Origin: Octopus sinensis
Lineage: Eukaryota
NCBI RefSeq assembly: GCF_006345805.1
Contig: NC_043011.1
Coordinates: forward strand, 806,001 to 870,000
Length of the DNA: 64,000 nucleotides
Direction of reading: 5' to 3'
The position numbers and the translations under genes are program-made. The notes beneath the pieces were generated by a model that had not been told where the DNA came from, ran no database searches, and saw only the letters and a list, made by a program, of their open reading frames with translations. Numbering within the stretch: the first letter of the stretch is position 1; the number at the start of each line of letters is the position of its first letter. Positions 1-11,878 of the stretch are shown piece by piece.

Positions 1-159
1 TCAGACAACACAACAACAAAAATAAATATATTAACATAGTACTGAAAAGTAAAGAGAACAATGTCCTGTGTTGGCAGCAAGCTCCTCAGGAAGCACTCTT
101 TCTGAAGGCCTCCCATACAACCCCAAAACAGTTAGACTAACAGATTTCAAAAAATATTA

Positions 160-323
160 TGCATGGAGTGGTTGGACTACACTCATGGAGTGGTTGGCTT
201 TAGGAGGGACATCCAGCTGTAGAAACACTGCCAGATCAGACCGGAACCTGGTGCAGCGTCCTGGCTTCCCAGACTCCGGTCGAACTTTCCAACTCAAGCT
301 AGCATGGAAAACGGACGTTAAAC

Positions 324-370
<47 letters not shown>
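160..370 (+). mobile_element. Short element made of an RTE-LINE-type 3' UTR with (GAT)n tail (family D)
   Basis: Ends GCTAGCATGGAAAACGGACGTTAAAC(GAT)n. The same sequence recurs at 3416-3606(-), 20095-20145(+), 34612-34925(+) and as the 3' UTR of the RTE fragment at 35215-36160(-). Confidence 0.7.
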
Positions 371-371
<1 letters not shown>

Positions 372-1479
372 TATGCTTCCCAAAGACTTGAACACACACT
401 ATATATTCCACCATTAAAAATAATATACTTCATATCACTTCAGGTTTCAAAATTCTTATCATATAAATATCATACAATTCTCACTGGGAAGAACCATCTT
501 CTAAAATGGATGAAGGAAATTTGAAGTGTTGCTTTGGTTTAACAAGTAGCACATCTGTCACGTTTACAGAAGATGAGGGCTCATGTCCCATGGTAGCCTT
601 CGTCTATTTTTCACCATCCAAGTGGTTTTTATAACCCAGTATTCTACATGCTGTTATTTATATCTTTATCTGCTTCAAGTTTCATTGTCAAAAAATAATG
701 TATACACATATACACACACAATCACATACACAGTTGTTCCCCCCATTACCACCACCACCACATATATATTCATCTGATTACTTCAACTGATTTTCTTTAA
801 GAACCCAACTGTAAATTTATGTGGCCTCAGCCAACAAGTTTCTTTATCAAATTATCTAATTTATGCTTTATCTTTGGATACAGATATTTTCTGTTCACAA
901 AGTTCCAGTAAATGAAATCACTTTATGTATTACTAAAAAGAAAATATTTCCCTACTGAATTAGACATTAGTTATTTTTTTTTACCTTTTCATTTACATAA
1001 TGTTTGCTCACTTTTATTTATATTTATTTTTTCCCTATCTTCTTATAGTTAGTAATTAAATTGTATATACCCAAAAGTATTTAATAGTTTACACATGAAG
1101 GAGATATATCTAATTGTTGTCCATAAGACGAGTGACTTAAGATGTAAATATAACAAATCTAAAGAATATACAGAACCTATTGTGCATGTAAAATATCATT
1201 GTATTTATTTGCTGTTTCAAATGTTTGTTAATACTTTACCATTTGTCATATCAGGCCCTGTTCTATACTTAAAATCAATTTTTAAAATTACCAAAAAGTT
1301 GTTACTGGCTTTTGTTGAGTTTCAGCTTACTCTATGCCTGGCTGTTTGTAGGCTTGATGATGAAGATTCACAGTTGACTGTTGCAAACAGGGGAAATATT
1401 TATTCACTAGTTACTGTGTTGTTAGCTAGCAGTGATAGGTTCAAGCTCTTTTTAACCCCCCCCCCCCAAAAAAAAAACT

Positions 1480-2400
1480 GAAAATTATCCTCTCAAATCT
1501 TAAAGTACCTCACTGACATTTTGGTTACAAAGAATTTCATACAAATCTTAGCTTTTACCCTGTAAAACAACTCTGATACTTTTTCTCTAGTTGAGTGTTT
1601 GGTGTTGTTTGTTCCTTCTCGAGCCATCCCTGGCTCATAAGGGCCGGTTTCCCGTTTTTTTGGCATATAGTTTACCCACTTGGATGGGACGCCGGTCCGT
1701 CGCAGGTGAGCTGCAAGATGCAGGAGGAAAGAGTGAGAAAAAGTTGTGGCGAAAGAGTCAGCAGAAGTTCACCATTGCCCTCTGCCAGAGCCGCGTGGCG
1801 CTTAGGTGTTTCGCTCATAAACACACACATCGCCCGGTCTGAGATTCGAACCTGTGATCCCTCAACCGTGAGTCCACTGCTCTAACCACTAGGCTATGTG
1901 CCTCCACTCTAGTTGAGTGTGTGACTGATCAAACTGATAATGAACTTGATAATCAGATAAACAGTTGATTAATTTGTATTGCGTCACCAATACAAATATA
2001 TCAATTTAGGTAAACACAAATAAGTACTGTTAGTTAGGACATCCTAATAGTAACACTGCATGCTTATATGACTGTGGGTATAAAATGGAGAGAAATAATC
2101 CCTGTCAGGTAGAGTTGTTCTAGAATACATGTGAAGACAATGTCTTCAATTCTCTTCCATTGACCAATGGTGCTAAAGGTCTCACAACATCCTAATAAAG
2201 TGATCCTTGTTACAGGTTATTACAGAAAAATACGATAAACATTTTGCCTAATAGTTCACAAAAACCTCACTTGATATCAAAAAGATTAATGTGAAAAAGA
2301 TTTCAGCTGAAATCAATCTCCAATATCATTTTACATTAGAACTTTAGGAAAATGAATTAAGATGTTATTACTCATTTACAAGCACCACACAATAAGACAA
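1480..2400 (-). pseudogene. Possible highly degraded non-LTR (R4-like) reverse transcriptase remnant, interrupted by a SINE
   Basis: The minus strand has a QG..SP-like motif near 2095-2115 followed by an INQLF..D-like stretch. Many stops and frameshifts; weak match. Confidence 0.25.
1599..1906 (-). mobile_element. tRNA-derived SINE, family A, full length
   Basis: tRNA-like head with A box (TAGCCTAGTGG) and B box (GGTTCGAATC), and an (AAC)-rich tail. Flanked by a perfect 14-bp TSD CTCTAGTTGAGTGT (1585-1598 and 1907-1920). Confidence 0.9.
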
Positions 2401-2639
2401 GGAAACTCGCACACATATTTATGATGAGCTTTTATCAGTTTCCAACTAACAAATCCACACACAAGCCTTGGATCAACTCAAGGCTATAATAGAAGACATG
2501 CCAAAGGTTCCACACAGTAGAATTGAATGCAAACCATGTGGTTGGGAAATGAATTGTTAAATCCCAGAACCATTTCAAGAGATGCATTTCTTTATTGATA
2601 TCATGCAAATATATTTTAAGCACTCACTCAAAATGATCA

Positions 2640-2803
2640 GGTGGTCGAGGGATTGTGGATTCGAATCTCAGACTGGGCGATGTGTGTGTTTATGAGCGAA
2701 ACACCTAAGCTCCACGCAGCTCCGGCAGAAGGTAATGGCGAAACTTTTGTTGATTCTTTCGCCACAACTTTCTCTCATCCTTTCCTCCTGCATCTTGCAG
2801 CTC
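2640..2803 (+). mobile_element. SINE family A, 5' half only
   Basis: Matches the head and body of 1599-1906 and 9268-9577 up to GCATCTTGCAGCTC, then diverges abruptly. Confidence 0.8.
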
Positions 2804-2995
2804 CACGGAACGCTGCAGCGGAGGAGAGAACGCGTGCGTCGAAGCCGACCCGTGTTGACCGAAGGCGCGACCACACACTGGCGCGAAACGGGTTGCCCGC
2901 CACAGCAGCAGCAGCGATGGTCTGAAGGGCGCCCGGGATGCTGAGTCCGACGCCAAAGCTACAGCCCTGTACCGGTCTGCCGCTTCGCGTGAAGG
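2804..2995. other. Unexplained GC- and CpG-rich segment fused to a SINE A half
   Basis: About 65% GC by manual count over 2821-3000, with many CpGs. No second copy in the window. Confidence 0.6.
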
Positions 2996-3185
2996 AGTAT
3001 ATTGCATGAGAATGAGTGAGTCTGATGTGTACACAGATCTTTCATACTTTAAAAAAAATTGTTGCACTAGTGTCTAGTGAGTAAGACATAATTGCATGAC
3101 CTCCAACTAAGGGTCAAATAGTGTTGTTTTGATAGCTGGTGATTCCACAAGCCTGGGCCTGTGTGTATACACATATACATATATG

Positions 3186-3415
3186 TATTTTTTCTTTATT
3201 TACTTGTTTCAGACATTTGACTGTGGCCACGTTGGAGCACTGCCTTTAGTCGACCAAATTGACCCCATGACTTATTCTTTGTAATCCTAGTACTTATTCT
3301 ATCGGTCTCTTTCTGCCGAACCGCTAAGTTACGGGGACGTAAACACACCAGCATTGGTTGTCAAGCGATGTTGGGGGACAGACACAGACACACAAACATA
3401 TACACACACACATCA
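3186..3415 (-). mobile_element. SINE family C, 3' half
   Basis: Matches the 3' part of the full copy at 14043-14457 (TTACTTGTTTCAG..TTTGACTG..GGAGCAC..CTTTAGTCGA). Confidence 0.85.
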
Positions 3416-3606
3416 TCATCATCATCATCATCATTTAGTGTCCGCTTTCCATGCTAGCATGGGTTGGATAGTTCAACTGGGGTCTGTGAAGCCAGAAGGC
3501 TGCATCAGACCCAGTCTGATCTGGCAGTGTTTCTACGGCTGGATGCCCTTACTAACACCAACCACTCCGTGAGTGTAGTGGGTGCTTTTTACGTGCCACC
3601 CACACG
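3416..3606 (-). mobile_element. Family D (RTE-type 3' tail) element
   Basis: Reverse complement of 160-370, with (CAT)n at its left end. Confidence 0.75.
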
Positions 3607-4204
3607 TTTTCATTTTTTCTTCCATGCACACTAATGGTCATATAAAAGATTCAATATTATCCCCACGTTATTCAACTGACATCTGAATTTCTCTTTCTGA
3701 TGACATGTTTATTGACATGTTTATTGAGAGTAAGTTCCTCCTGTCTTTTCCAATTTCTTTGTTGAGAGAGTAGTGCTATATAAAGAACAAAAGTAGTACT
3801 TTTTCTGCATACTACTATTCCATATCATTAAAACAAACTTTCTGAAAGCTAATTCTAACTTTCTTAATACATCATTCCATGGGTCTTTAACATTTTTCTA
3901 CATTTATGCTATTTTATCATATTTCAATTATTAATCTTTTTTTTAGTTTGGTGTGCTTTGATTTTTTTTTTTCAGATTATTTGATTTTGCTATAAAGACC
4001 AAGTCACTTTTTTCCCTCACTCTGTCTATTCCACAAGTTTCTCTATTCTTTCATTTGATATACAAGAATGGTTTCTGTTTTTGGTATAAAGCTACAAATT
4101 TTGGGAACAAATTGACCTTAAGATTCATCCTAAAAGGATAAAAGCTAATCTCAGCAAGGTTTTTACTCAATAGTATAACTAAATACATCAAATTATTTTG
4201 TCTG

Positions 4205-4451
4205 TGGCATAACTTTGTATTTAAAGAAGCCCCTCGAAGGAGAGGGGCTTTCTCCGTCCAGGTTGCGGATCCATGGAATAAGCTGCCAGACGAGATGGTG
4301 AAGATGCCGACGACCGCTCGGTTCAAAGTCTCCCTTGACCTCAAGTGGCCTGAACTCTTTACCTGAACACCACCCTGTACATAACTCCATGTCCCCCTAC
4401 ATGGCCTTGCTTTTTGCTTTTTGAGCCAAAAAATTAACTAACTAACTAACT
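4205..4451 (+). mobile_element. 5'-truncated CR1-group LINE 3' end
   Basis: Translates to RRGAFSVQVADPWNKLPDEMVKMPTTARFKVSLDLKW, the typical CR1/L2 ORF2 C-terminus (FS.RV...WN.LP...V......FK..LD). Followed by a short UTR and a (TAAC)n tail. Confidence 0.75.
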
Positions 4452-5609
4452 TAAGATGTTCACTTTGCAAAAATGTGATTTTAAGTTTGATCCAATTGTG
4501 TATCATCTTGGATAGGAATCTTCTACTGTAGTTTAGTTTATGAGTGAAATTTAGTAGATTGAAACTGTGGAAGCCCGTTGGATTTATTGTTTCTTTACTT
4601 GGGTAATAAACTAAATTTGTTGCTTGGTTTACTACAACCAACTGGTTCCTTTAGTAGTGTCCACTTTGTTGCAAGTGTTTAGACTGAGTTGTCGGTAGCA
4701 GAAAACTTTGCTCACTTCCTCCTATCAGTCCTGGAAAACTGAGAAAAGTTATGGATGTCTCTATTTTTCCACTGACTAAGCCATTACAAATAATTATTTC
4801 TGGTAATCCATTACTCTGTTCTGGATGATAAAGACACTTCCTAACATGGGAACAAAATTACATTTTTGTTTGCAGGGAGAAACCAATTATATCATATCAA
4901 CCTCTGTACTTAACTACTTAAATTAATCTCTACTTAAATTATTGCTTGATCCAGTGACCCTGAAAGGATGGAAGAGAAAAGTAAGCTTGCAGAAAGCTTT
5001 TTTTGTGTGGTGCTTGATGGATAACGATCTCCATCTATTTCTATATCAATGAATATTTTTTCAATCAGTGGTCCATTTGGATTATACTAATTTTATTCAT
5101 TAGATTCTGGCCATTCAAGAGTTTAATCAATTATATTGATTTTAGGACTTCAGACTGGTAATTATTTTGTAGTCCTAGGAAGGATGAAAGGAAATTCAAC
5201 CTATGTAGAAACTGAACTCAGAAGATATTGTGGTGTAACTAAATAAAATAAAGTATTTTGTAATAGGCTCTGATAATTCTTCAATATCCTGCGTATATTT
5301 ATGTTTCTCTCTTTCTCTTGCTTCTTTCCTTTCCTTCATAAATTTCATGCATTCTCTCTCTTTTTCTGTATATACCTTCCTCCCCATTTAGCTCTATATC
5401 ATTCTCTCTCTTCCTTCTTTCTCTTCTGCTTTATGATGTTATGATAGTGCATATTTTCCTCTCTCTCTTCCCTTCTTCATAGTTCATTCTGTTTCCCCGT
5501 TTCTTTATGTCTATGTACATTTGATATTTACTATCCACTATTTCTCTCTCTTGCTATCTTCATTTGTCCCTCAACTGAGTGTGCTTGTTCATTTATTTCT
5601 GTGTGCCCG

Positions 5610-5623
5610 CTTCCTCCTCCTCC

Positions 5624-5655
<32 letters not shown>

Positions 5656-5970
5656 CTCTTCCTCCTCTTCCTCCTCTTCTTCCTCTTCCTCCTCCTCTTC
5701 CTCCTCTTCCTCGACCACCACCTCTCCCCCTCCTCCCCACCCATCTCCTTCTCCACCTCCTCCACCACCACCTCTCCCCCTCCTCCCCACCCATCTCCTT
5801 CTCCACCTCCTCCACCACCACCACCACCACCACCTCCTCCACCACCACCACCTCCTCCACCACCACCACCTCCTCCTCCTCCTCCTTCCTTCACCATCAC
5901 CTCTCCCCTCCTCCTCACCCATCTCCTCCTCCACCTCCACCACCACCACCTTCTCCTCTCCCCCTCCTCC
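5610..5970. repeat. Pyrimidine-rich low-complexity tract, (CCT)n/(CCA)n with a 50-bp tandem unit
   Basis: Almost G-free on the + strand. The unit CCTCTCCCCCTCCTCCCCACCCATCTCCTTCTCCACCTCC starts at 5721 and 5771, with a degenerate third copy near 5900. Confidence 0.9.
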
Positions 5971-5973
5971 ACG

Positions 5974-6012
<39 letters not shown>

Positions 6013-6374
6013 ACACACAGTGTCTCTCTCTCTCTGACACACACACACACATCCTTCATCTCTATATTTCAATCCATTTTTATCTATCAACACATGATAA
6101 TTACCTGTTCTTCTTAGAAGCTCACCAAGCTTCAAAACAAACCATCCTTTAACTTAATTTGTAAGATAATATTTCCCAAGTTTCAGAGAAGGAAATACAC
6201 TACTTGACAGTCTTTATAAGTAATTTGCTATTAGAGTGCAAGAACAACTAACAGCGTCAATGTTCTTAACATGTGGTGCCAACCATTAGTCAAGAAACCA
6301 TACTGATAAAGCGTATTGAGAACAAGATTTGTTTGACATATTCAGTTCTGTTTAATATATTATATTTCTGACCA

Positions 6375-6391
6375 TAAAGAAGCCTGTCGTA

Positions 6392-6444
<53 letters not shown>

Positions 6445-6657
6445 TTGTGTGTCTGTGTTTGTCGCCCTAGCATTGCTTGACAACCGATGCTGGTGTGTTT
6501 ACGTCCCCGTCACATAGCGGTTCGGCAAAAGAGAACCGATAGAATAAGTACTGTGCTTACAATGAATAAGTCCCGGGGTCGATTTGCTCGACTAAAGGCG
6601 GTGCTCCAGCATGGCTGCAGTCAAATGACTGAAACAAGTAAAAGAGTAAAAGAGAGA
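6375..6657 (+). mobile_element. SINE family C, 3' half with internal (TA)n(TG)n
   Basis: Matches about 14180-14457 and ends in the (GTAAAAGA)n tail. Confidence 0.85.
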
Positions 6658-6824
6658 GCATAAAGTTATAAATTTAGACCTTATTACTTCTACAGCTTTT
6701 GTTTTTCATTTTTATCATAATTTTAATTCTTTGGATCACTCTTTAACTGACACAACCAACAATCAGATTCTTCTACAGCTTTTGTGCAACAAAGTAAGCT
6801 ACATAACTATATAGAAAATGTGGT

Positions 6825-7063
6825 AAGGCGGCGAGCTGGCAGAAACGTTAGCACGTCGGGCGAAATGCGTAGCCGTATTTCGTCTGTCAATACGTTCCGA
6901 GTTCTAATTCCACCGAGATCGACTTTGCCTTTCATCCTTTCGGGGTCGATTAAATAAAGTACCAGTTACGCACTGGGGTCGATGTAGTAGACTTAATCCC
7001 ATTGTCTGTCTTTGTTTGTCCCCTCTATGTTTAGCCCCTTGTGGGCACTAAAGAAAAGAAATA
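6825..7063 (+). mobile_element. tRNA-derived SINE, family B, full length
   Basis: Head GGCGGCGAGCTGGCAGAAACGTTAGC; central GCCTTTCATCCTTTCGGGGTCGAT..AAGTACCAG domain resembling the MetaSINE-type domain. Flanked by a 17-bp TSD TATATAGAAAATGTGGT (6808-6824 and 7064-7080). Confidence 0.9.
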
Positions 7064-7275
7064 TATATAGAAAATGTGGTTGGCATTACCTCTGCTTTAC
7101 ACTCGAGTAGTTTGTGGTAGAAAAGGTATTTAGTTTATAAACCATTATCCCAAACACTTACGCATGTTTCAAAAATATGGTTGTATAACAGCAAAAGAAA
7201 AGATAATAAAAAGAAATCAATTAACAGCCTAATATTTAGTCTGATTTGGTTTCGGTATTCTATAATAGAACATAC

Positions 7276-7545
7276 TCTTACTCTTTTACTCTTTTACTTG
7301 TTTCAGTGATTTGACTGCAGCCATGCTGGAGCACCGCCTTTAGTCGAGCAAATCGACCCCGGGACTTATTCTTTGTAAGCCTAGTACTTATTCTATCAGT
7401 CTCTTTTGCTGAACCGCTAAGTTACGGGGAAGTAAATACACCAGCATCAGTTGTCAAGCTATGTTGGGGTGGCGGGACAAACACAGACACACATATACAT
7501 ACATATATATACGGGTATCTTTCAGTTTCCGTCTGGTTTCTTTCA
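7276..7545 (-). mobile_element. SINE family C, 3' half
   Basis: Reverse-complement match to the family C tail and body. Confidence 0.85.
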
Positions 7546-7816
7546 GTTTCCGTCTAGTATAAGATAGATGCTTAACTGCTTGTGTCTGCACAAGCAATTG
7601 AATATGATAAAATTACATTTCCCACAATGTACTCCTCAAGTATATTTGTTGTTATTTAACTTCAGATCTAATATATTTGAGGGATACATAGTAGGGAAGT
7701 TGCTTCTGTCAAATCTAATTGTTTATGTATTAGTGGGTATTTAACAGCAAATCACTTAAGAAAGCTGGCAGAGTTAGATTTACATTTTGTGCTCAAACCC
7801 TGCTGAGGTCAATTTT

Positions 7817-8243
7817 GGGATCTTTTCGGTTTGAACGGCTGTTTTTAACATAATTTCTAGGTAACTAAAAAATGTTTAACTTCATATACTGGTAGAATGT
7901 GTTTATAAAACATTTTTTTCTCTTGGCCTTATTGAGAAAATTCTATAGTTTGTAAGATATTTGTTGTTTTTTTCTTCAATTTCTGCAATTTCAACCAATC
8001 AGTGATGTCCATTAAGGTAAAAAACATTCTGTGCCATATGAATATGTCCCTCGTTTAAGAAACAGATTGGGTTTATTTACATTTGTCAAGAAAAAAAGAT
8101 ACCTTCCCCCCACCCCTAACCCTAACTAACCCTATCCCTAAAACAGATTGAAATGCAATAGATCGATACTAGGGTCATAATTATGGGTGACAATTTCATA
8201 TGACACTGCTAGAAAAAACTGCTGTTCAAACCGAAAAGATCCC
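7817..8243. mobile_element. Non-autonomous DNA transposon (MITE) with ~22-bp TIRs
   Basis: GGGATCTTTTCGGTTTGAAC at 7817 and its inverse GTTCAAACCGAAAAGATCCC ending at 8243. Partial copies at 12579-12920 and 14853-15095. Superfamily not assigned. Confidence 0.85.
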
Positions 8244-8795
8244 AAATTTGCTATTCATTATTCTGGAGCCAATAAAATAAAGTACAAATGATACTGAATA
8301 ACTACTGCTCCTCAAAATTGATAGTCTTCTGCCTAAATTAGAAGCTATTTAACTTCAAATCAGTTTTGGCAAAATTTTCAAACTGACTCCTTTGTATATT
8401 TTCAAGGAATTATTTTGTGATGGTTGGGTATAATGTGAGGGAAATGTGTCTGCTTTTTCTAACTGTTTAAGAGACTATGTACAAACTTCTTCTTTCTCCT
8501 TCAAGTGTTCATAAAATAGATACTATTAATAGTCAGTTTTCAAACCAATTTGCCTTATCTCCCACTCTGTACTACAGAGAATAAAGAAAATTTTATCAAT
8601 TATATTGGCTAAATTAACTTTTAGTGTCCTAATAAATTATGTTTTTGTTTTCCTTAATTAATTTTGATTGCTTAATTTTAATATTTTAGTTGTATTTTAT
8701 TTTGCTGTTTGAATAGTATATCTTTGTGGTTATAAAATAAAGGTAATTAATTTTTCTCTTATTTTCTCTCTTTCATGTGCTCTCATGCAGAGGGG

Positions 8796-8826
<31 letters not shown>

Positions 8827-9267
8827 TGTGTGTGTGTGTGTTTCAGTCTCTTCGAGATATTATAATTTGTGAAAGATTAAACTTCTGTACCGTTCAATCA
8901 AATCAACATGTTTAGTGCGGCAACCATATCAATTTTGTTCTTTGACTGATAAAACTATGTAGTTAACTCTAATGGCCCCTGTTTCTTTAAATTTCTTTAT
9001 GCATTATAGAGAGAAATGGTAAACTGTATAAATCAAGGAGCAGAAAAACTACTAAACTAGTCATTTTAAAACTTCTTATAAATATAGGATCGATTTTCAA
9101 GAACAAATGCATTGCCCACACACACTAAAGATGATGGTGGAATGGTGTTTTCCTCTGAGAGGGAGCCACAGAGATGTCAGACTGTCATTCAGACTGGTTG
9201 GCTTGCTGATCAGACTAAATTTGATGACAAAGCCCACTTATGATTCGCGATGTTCATCACTAATGTG

Positions 9268-9577
9268 TTGTTGTTTTGTTTGTTCCTTCTTGAGCCATGC
9301 CTGGCTCATAAGGGCCGGTTTCCCGGTTTCTTGGCATATAGGTTCCCCACCTGGACAGGACGCCGGTCCGTCGCAGGTGAGCTGCAAGATGCAGGAGGAA
9401 AGAGTGAGAGAAAGTTGTGGCGAAAGAGTCAGCAGAATTTTGCCATTACCTTCTGCCGGAGCCACGTGGAGCTTAGGTGTTTCGCTCATAAACACACACA
9501 TAGCCCGGTCTGAGATTCGAACCCACGATCCCTCGACCATGAGTCTGCTGCTCTAACCACTAGGCTATGTACCTCCA
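9268..9577 (-). mobile_element. tRNA-derived SINE, family A, full length
   Basis: Collinear with 1599-1906. Flanked by a 13-bp TSD CATCACTAATGTG (9255-9267 and 9578-9590). Confidence 0.9.
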
Positions 9578-9590
9578 CATCACTAATGTG

Positions 9591-10330
9591 CCTACTCCAG
9601 AAGAAGGTGTAACGTATTTTAACTTCTGCCAGCTGACCTTTATCTGCAAGTCTGGTCTCACTCAGAGTCACAATGTGGATGTTGTATCTGCCAAGTTTTC
9701 TTATGACAAGTGTTGTCCATCTTTCAGGTCTGTTTGTTTTAGAGCTGTCCAATGGTGAGCGATGTCAGCAATGTTTTTTCCCTGGTGGTTCAACTGTGTA
9801 ACTGAGGGCCCCACCTGCCATGGTATGCAGGCCAGGGAGAAGTGAGGCAGACTGTTTAGAACACTTTTTCTAGCTCCTTCCTCGTGATATGGAGGTGAGA
9901 AGAGTAATCCTAAAGAGGGATGCTCAGATATCCAGAGATCTGCTAAGTTCCCTGGGGAACAACCTATACCCTGGGTTGCTGCTTCAGGCAATGGGAAACA
10001 ACCCTATACTCTGGACTGCATTGTGGAGGTTTGTGACTGCAGCTTCCAGTGCATGCATACGTACTGTTTTGTCATTCGTCCATTACCACAGGACTTCAAG
10101 GTGAGTCTGGGATGGTGTGATGTCTTGACTTGTGCACAACATGGATTAAAGTAAGGGAGGGTTGTACAATGTCATCTGCCTCACTTACATACACCAACTC
10201 ATATATTTCATTTCAAACATACTCATATGTTTTTATCTGCCCTTTGTTCTCCTCCTCTGTCTCTACAATTTTTTCTCTCTTACTGAGTATACTTAGCATT
10301 CTTCACTCATTCTTGCACATCAAGCACTAT
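9591..10330 (-). mobile_element. RTE-clade LINE 5' fragment (5' UTR and start of AP endonuclease)
   Basis: ORF 9486-9752(-): NRPERWTTLVIRKLGRYNIHIVTLSETRLADKGQLAEV..YTFFWS, which matches the RTE/BovB-type APE N-terminus. Confidence 0.8.
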
Positions 10331-10519
10331 TGCTCTATTGCTTATGCTAAATCTTTCTGTGTTTCTCTTTTACTTTTTGCCCTATCTTTATACAATGTAA
10401 AGCATAACCATAGAAATCAATCTACTAACCAACCAACCGACATACATTTATATATATCAGCTATTATAAACATACATACATACAATGTGATAAATGATGC
10501 AAAGTCTGTGAGGTTAGCA

Positions 10520-10960
10520 CTAAAGATATAACCCTGAGGGCAATGAAATAAGAACCCACAGTATGGTAGAGGCCGTAGCCACTGATAATGAAGAGAAGTA
10601 CTGGTGGAATGTCCCAGTGAAGTGAAGCAGATTCCAGTGGGAGGACAATGATAAGAGGATTTGAGATAAGTCAGGATGCAATGGATGGCTGCAGTGCCCT
10701 TCATGTCTCACTTTGCCCTGTAGATGCTCTCCAATGCTTGCTTGTTCATCCTCCTTCCAATCCTCTGGCTTCCTCTGTACAGACCAGGTCCAGTTTTCTC
10801 ATGTATAAGTAGGCAAACCTTAACTCACTGAAGGTTTGAAAGCCATGGAGGCTGTTTTATGTTGACAGCTTTGAGGAGCCTCAGGTGAGAGGTAGGTGTC
10901 AGGTGAGGGCTAGAGTGGCTGAGCTACTACGAAGAGCATGTTCCCTATCAAAGGCACTCC
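10520..10960 (-). mobile_element. Degraded RTE-type LINE 3' end
   Basis: The minus strand gives a G.P.K.WK....-like ORF2 end followed by a GC-richer UTR. Heavily decayed. Confidence 0.4.
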
Positions 10961-11099
10961 CCCATTAAGACACCTTGATAAGCAATGATATAGTGTACAT
11001 GAAAGAGGTTGGAATCTGAGAACAAACGTGTTAAATTTGTAATAGTTTGGTTTTGATAGAGTTTTAAGAGACTCAGGTGTTTTCAAGTTGACAATATTT

Positions 11100-11460
11100 A
11101 TAGCTCTGATGCTTTAGGGATTTCTAGTAGTTTGCCATAGTGTTTAAGAGTGCCTTTTGGTATTGCTCTCAAAGCTCTGATGATTACAGGTACAGTTGTT
11201 CTAAGATGCCATATTTTTGATGCATCTGTTTCAAGGTCCTTATATTTGCTTAATTTTCCAAATAACTTTACAGAAGTGTTATGGTGTTCTGGGATTGACA
11301 TAGTTATGAGTGGACATGATTTGCCAAGGTGACATCTTTTATCACAATATCTGGTATTTTGGCTTATATATAGCACAATTGGTTTGGATACTCAAGTCTC
11401 AAAGAACAATATCTTCATTTTCAACTATTTTGGCAGGCTTGTGTTCCCACCAGTTCTCAC
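11100..11460 (-). mobile_element. R4/Dong-type element, 3' fragment (REL endonuclease end)
   Basis: KLSKYKDLETDASKIWHLRTTVPVIIRAL is homologous to the C-terminus of ORF 27994-28809. (ATT)n lies on its 5' side. Confidence 0.75.
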
Positions 11461-11659
11461 ACAAGAGTCTTATCATTATTATTATCATTATTATTATTTT
11501 CCTTCTTTCTTCAAATTTTCTTCCGTTTCTCACCAAGTGTTTTCCGTACACCTAGGGCAGAGAAGCTCATTGTATGCATTCCCAGATTACACGTGCAAAT
11601 TCACAGATAAAATATGTATTTAAAAATTAATAAATAAAAAATTCATGGATGGATGTTGT

Positions 11660-11878
11660 TTTCACAGCGATAATGCTCTTCTCAGTACATGAGCCATTCC
11701 AGTTAATATGATTTTTTGCACTTCCTGTAGGGATGGTAAGCCTGGAATCATTTTCAAATAGGTTTCAGTACCTTTTTTTTTTATCATTCCTAGAGATCCT
11801 ACAATCACTGGTACTGTTGTCGCCTTGAGATGCCACATTTTTTCAATTTCTATTAGCAAGTCTTTATATCTACTAATC
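11660..11878 (-). mobile_element. R4/Dong-type element, 3' fragment
   Basis: SRYKDLLIEIEKMWHLKATTVPVIVGSLGMIKK...QKIILTGMAHVLRRALSL. Abuts (ATT/ATC)n at 11880-11940. Confidence 0.8.

Noticed and set aside
1095-1481. 128-aa ORF as a host gene
   Set aside because: No recognisable motif, AT-rich codon usage and no convincing splice pair.
1835-1906. tRNA gene calls for SINE heads (also ~9505-9577, 14043-14115 and 6825-6915)
   Set aside because: A and B boxes are present, but the cloverleaf is degenerate and each continues into a SINE body with a TSD or tail.
4640-4745. Good acceptor-like site on the minus strand followed by GLIGGSEQSFLLPTTQSKHLQQSGHY*
   Set aside because: Short, no recognisable protein and no upstream exon found.
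5521-6152. Poly-Pro, poly-Ser, poly-Glu and poly-Gly ORFs suggesting an extensin- or formin-like exon
   Set aside because: Open in nearly all six frames because of the trinucleotide composition. No splice context or non-repetitive coding flanks.
10040-10120. HDV-like ribozyme in the RTE 5' UTR, and at the Dong 5' end near 24958
   Set aside because: Only partial word matches. I could not build the P1-P4 nested double pseudoknot by eye.
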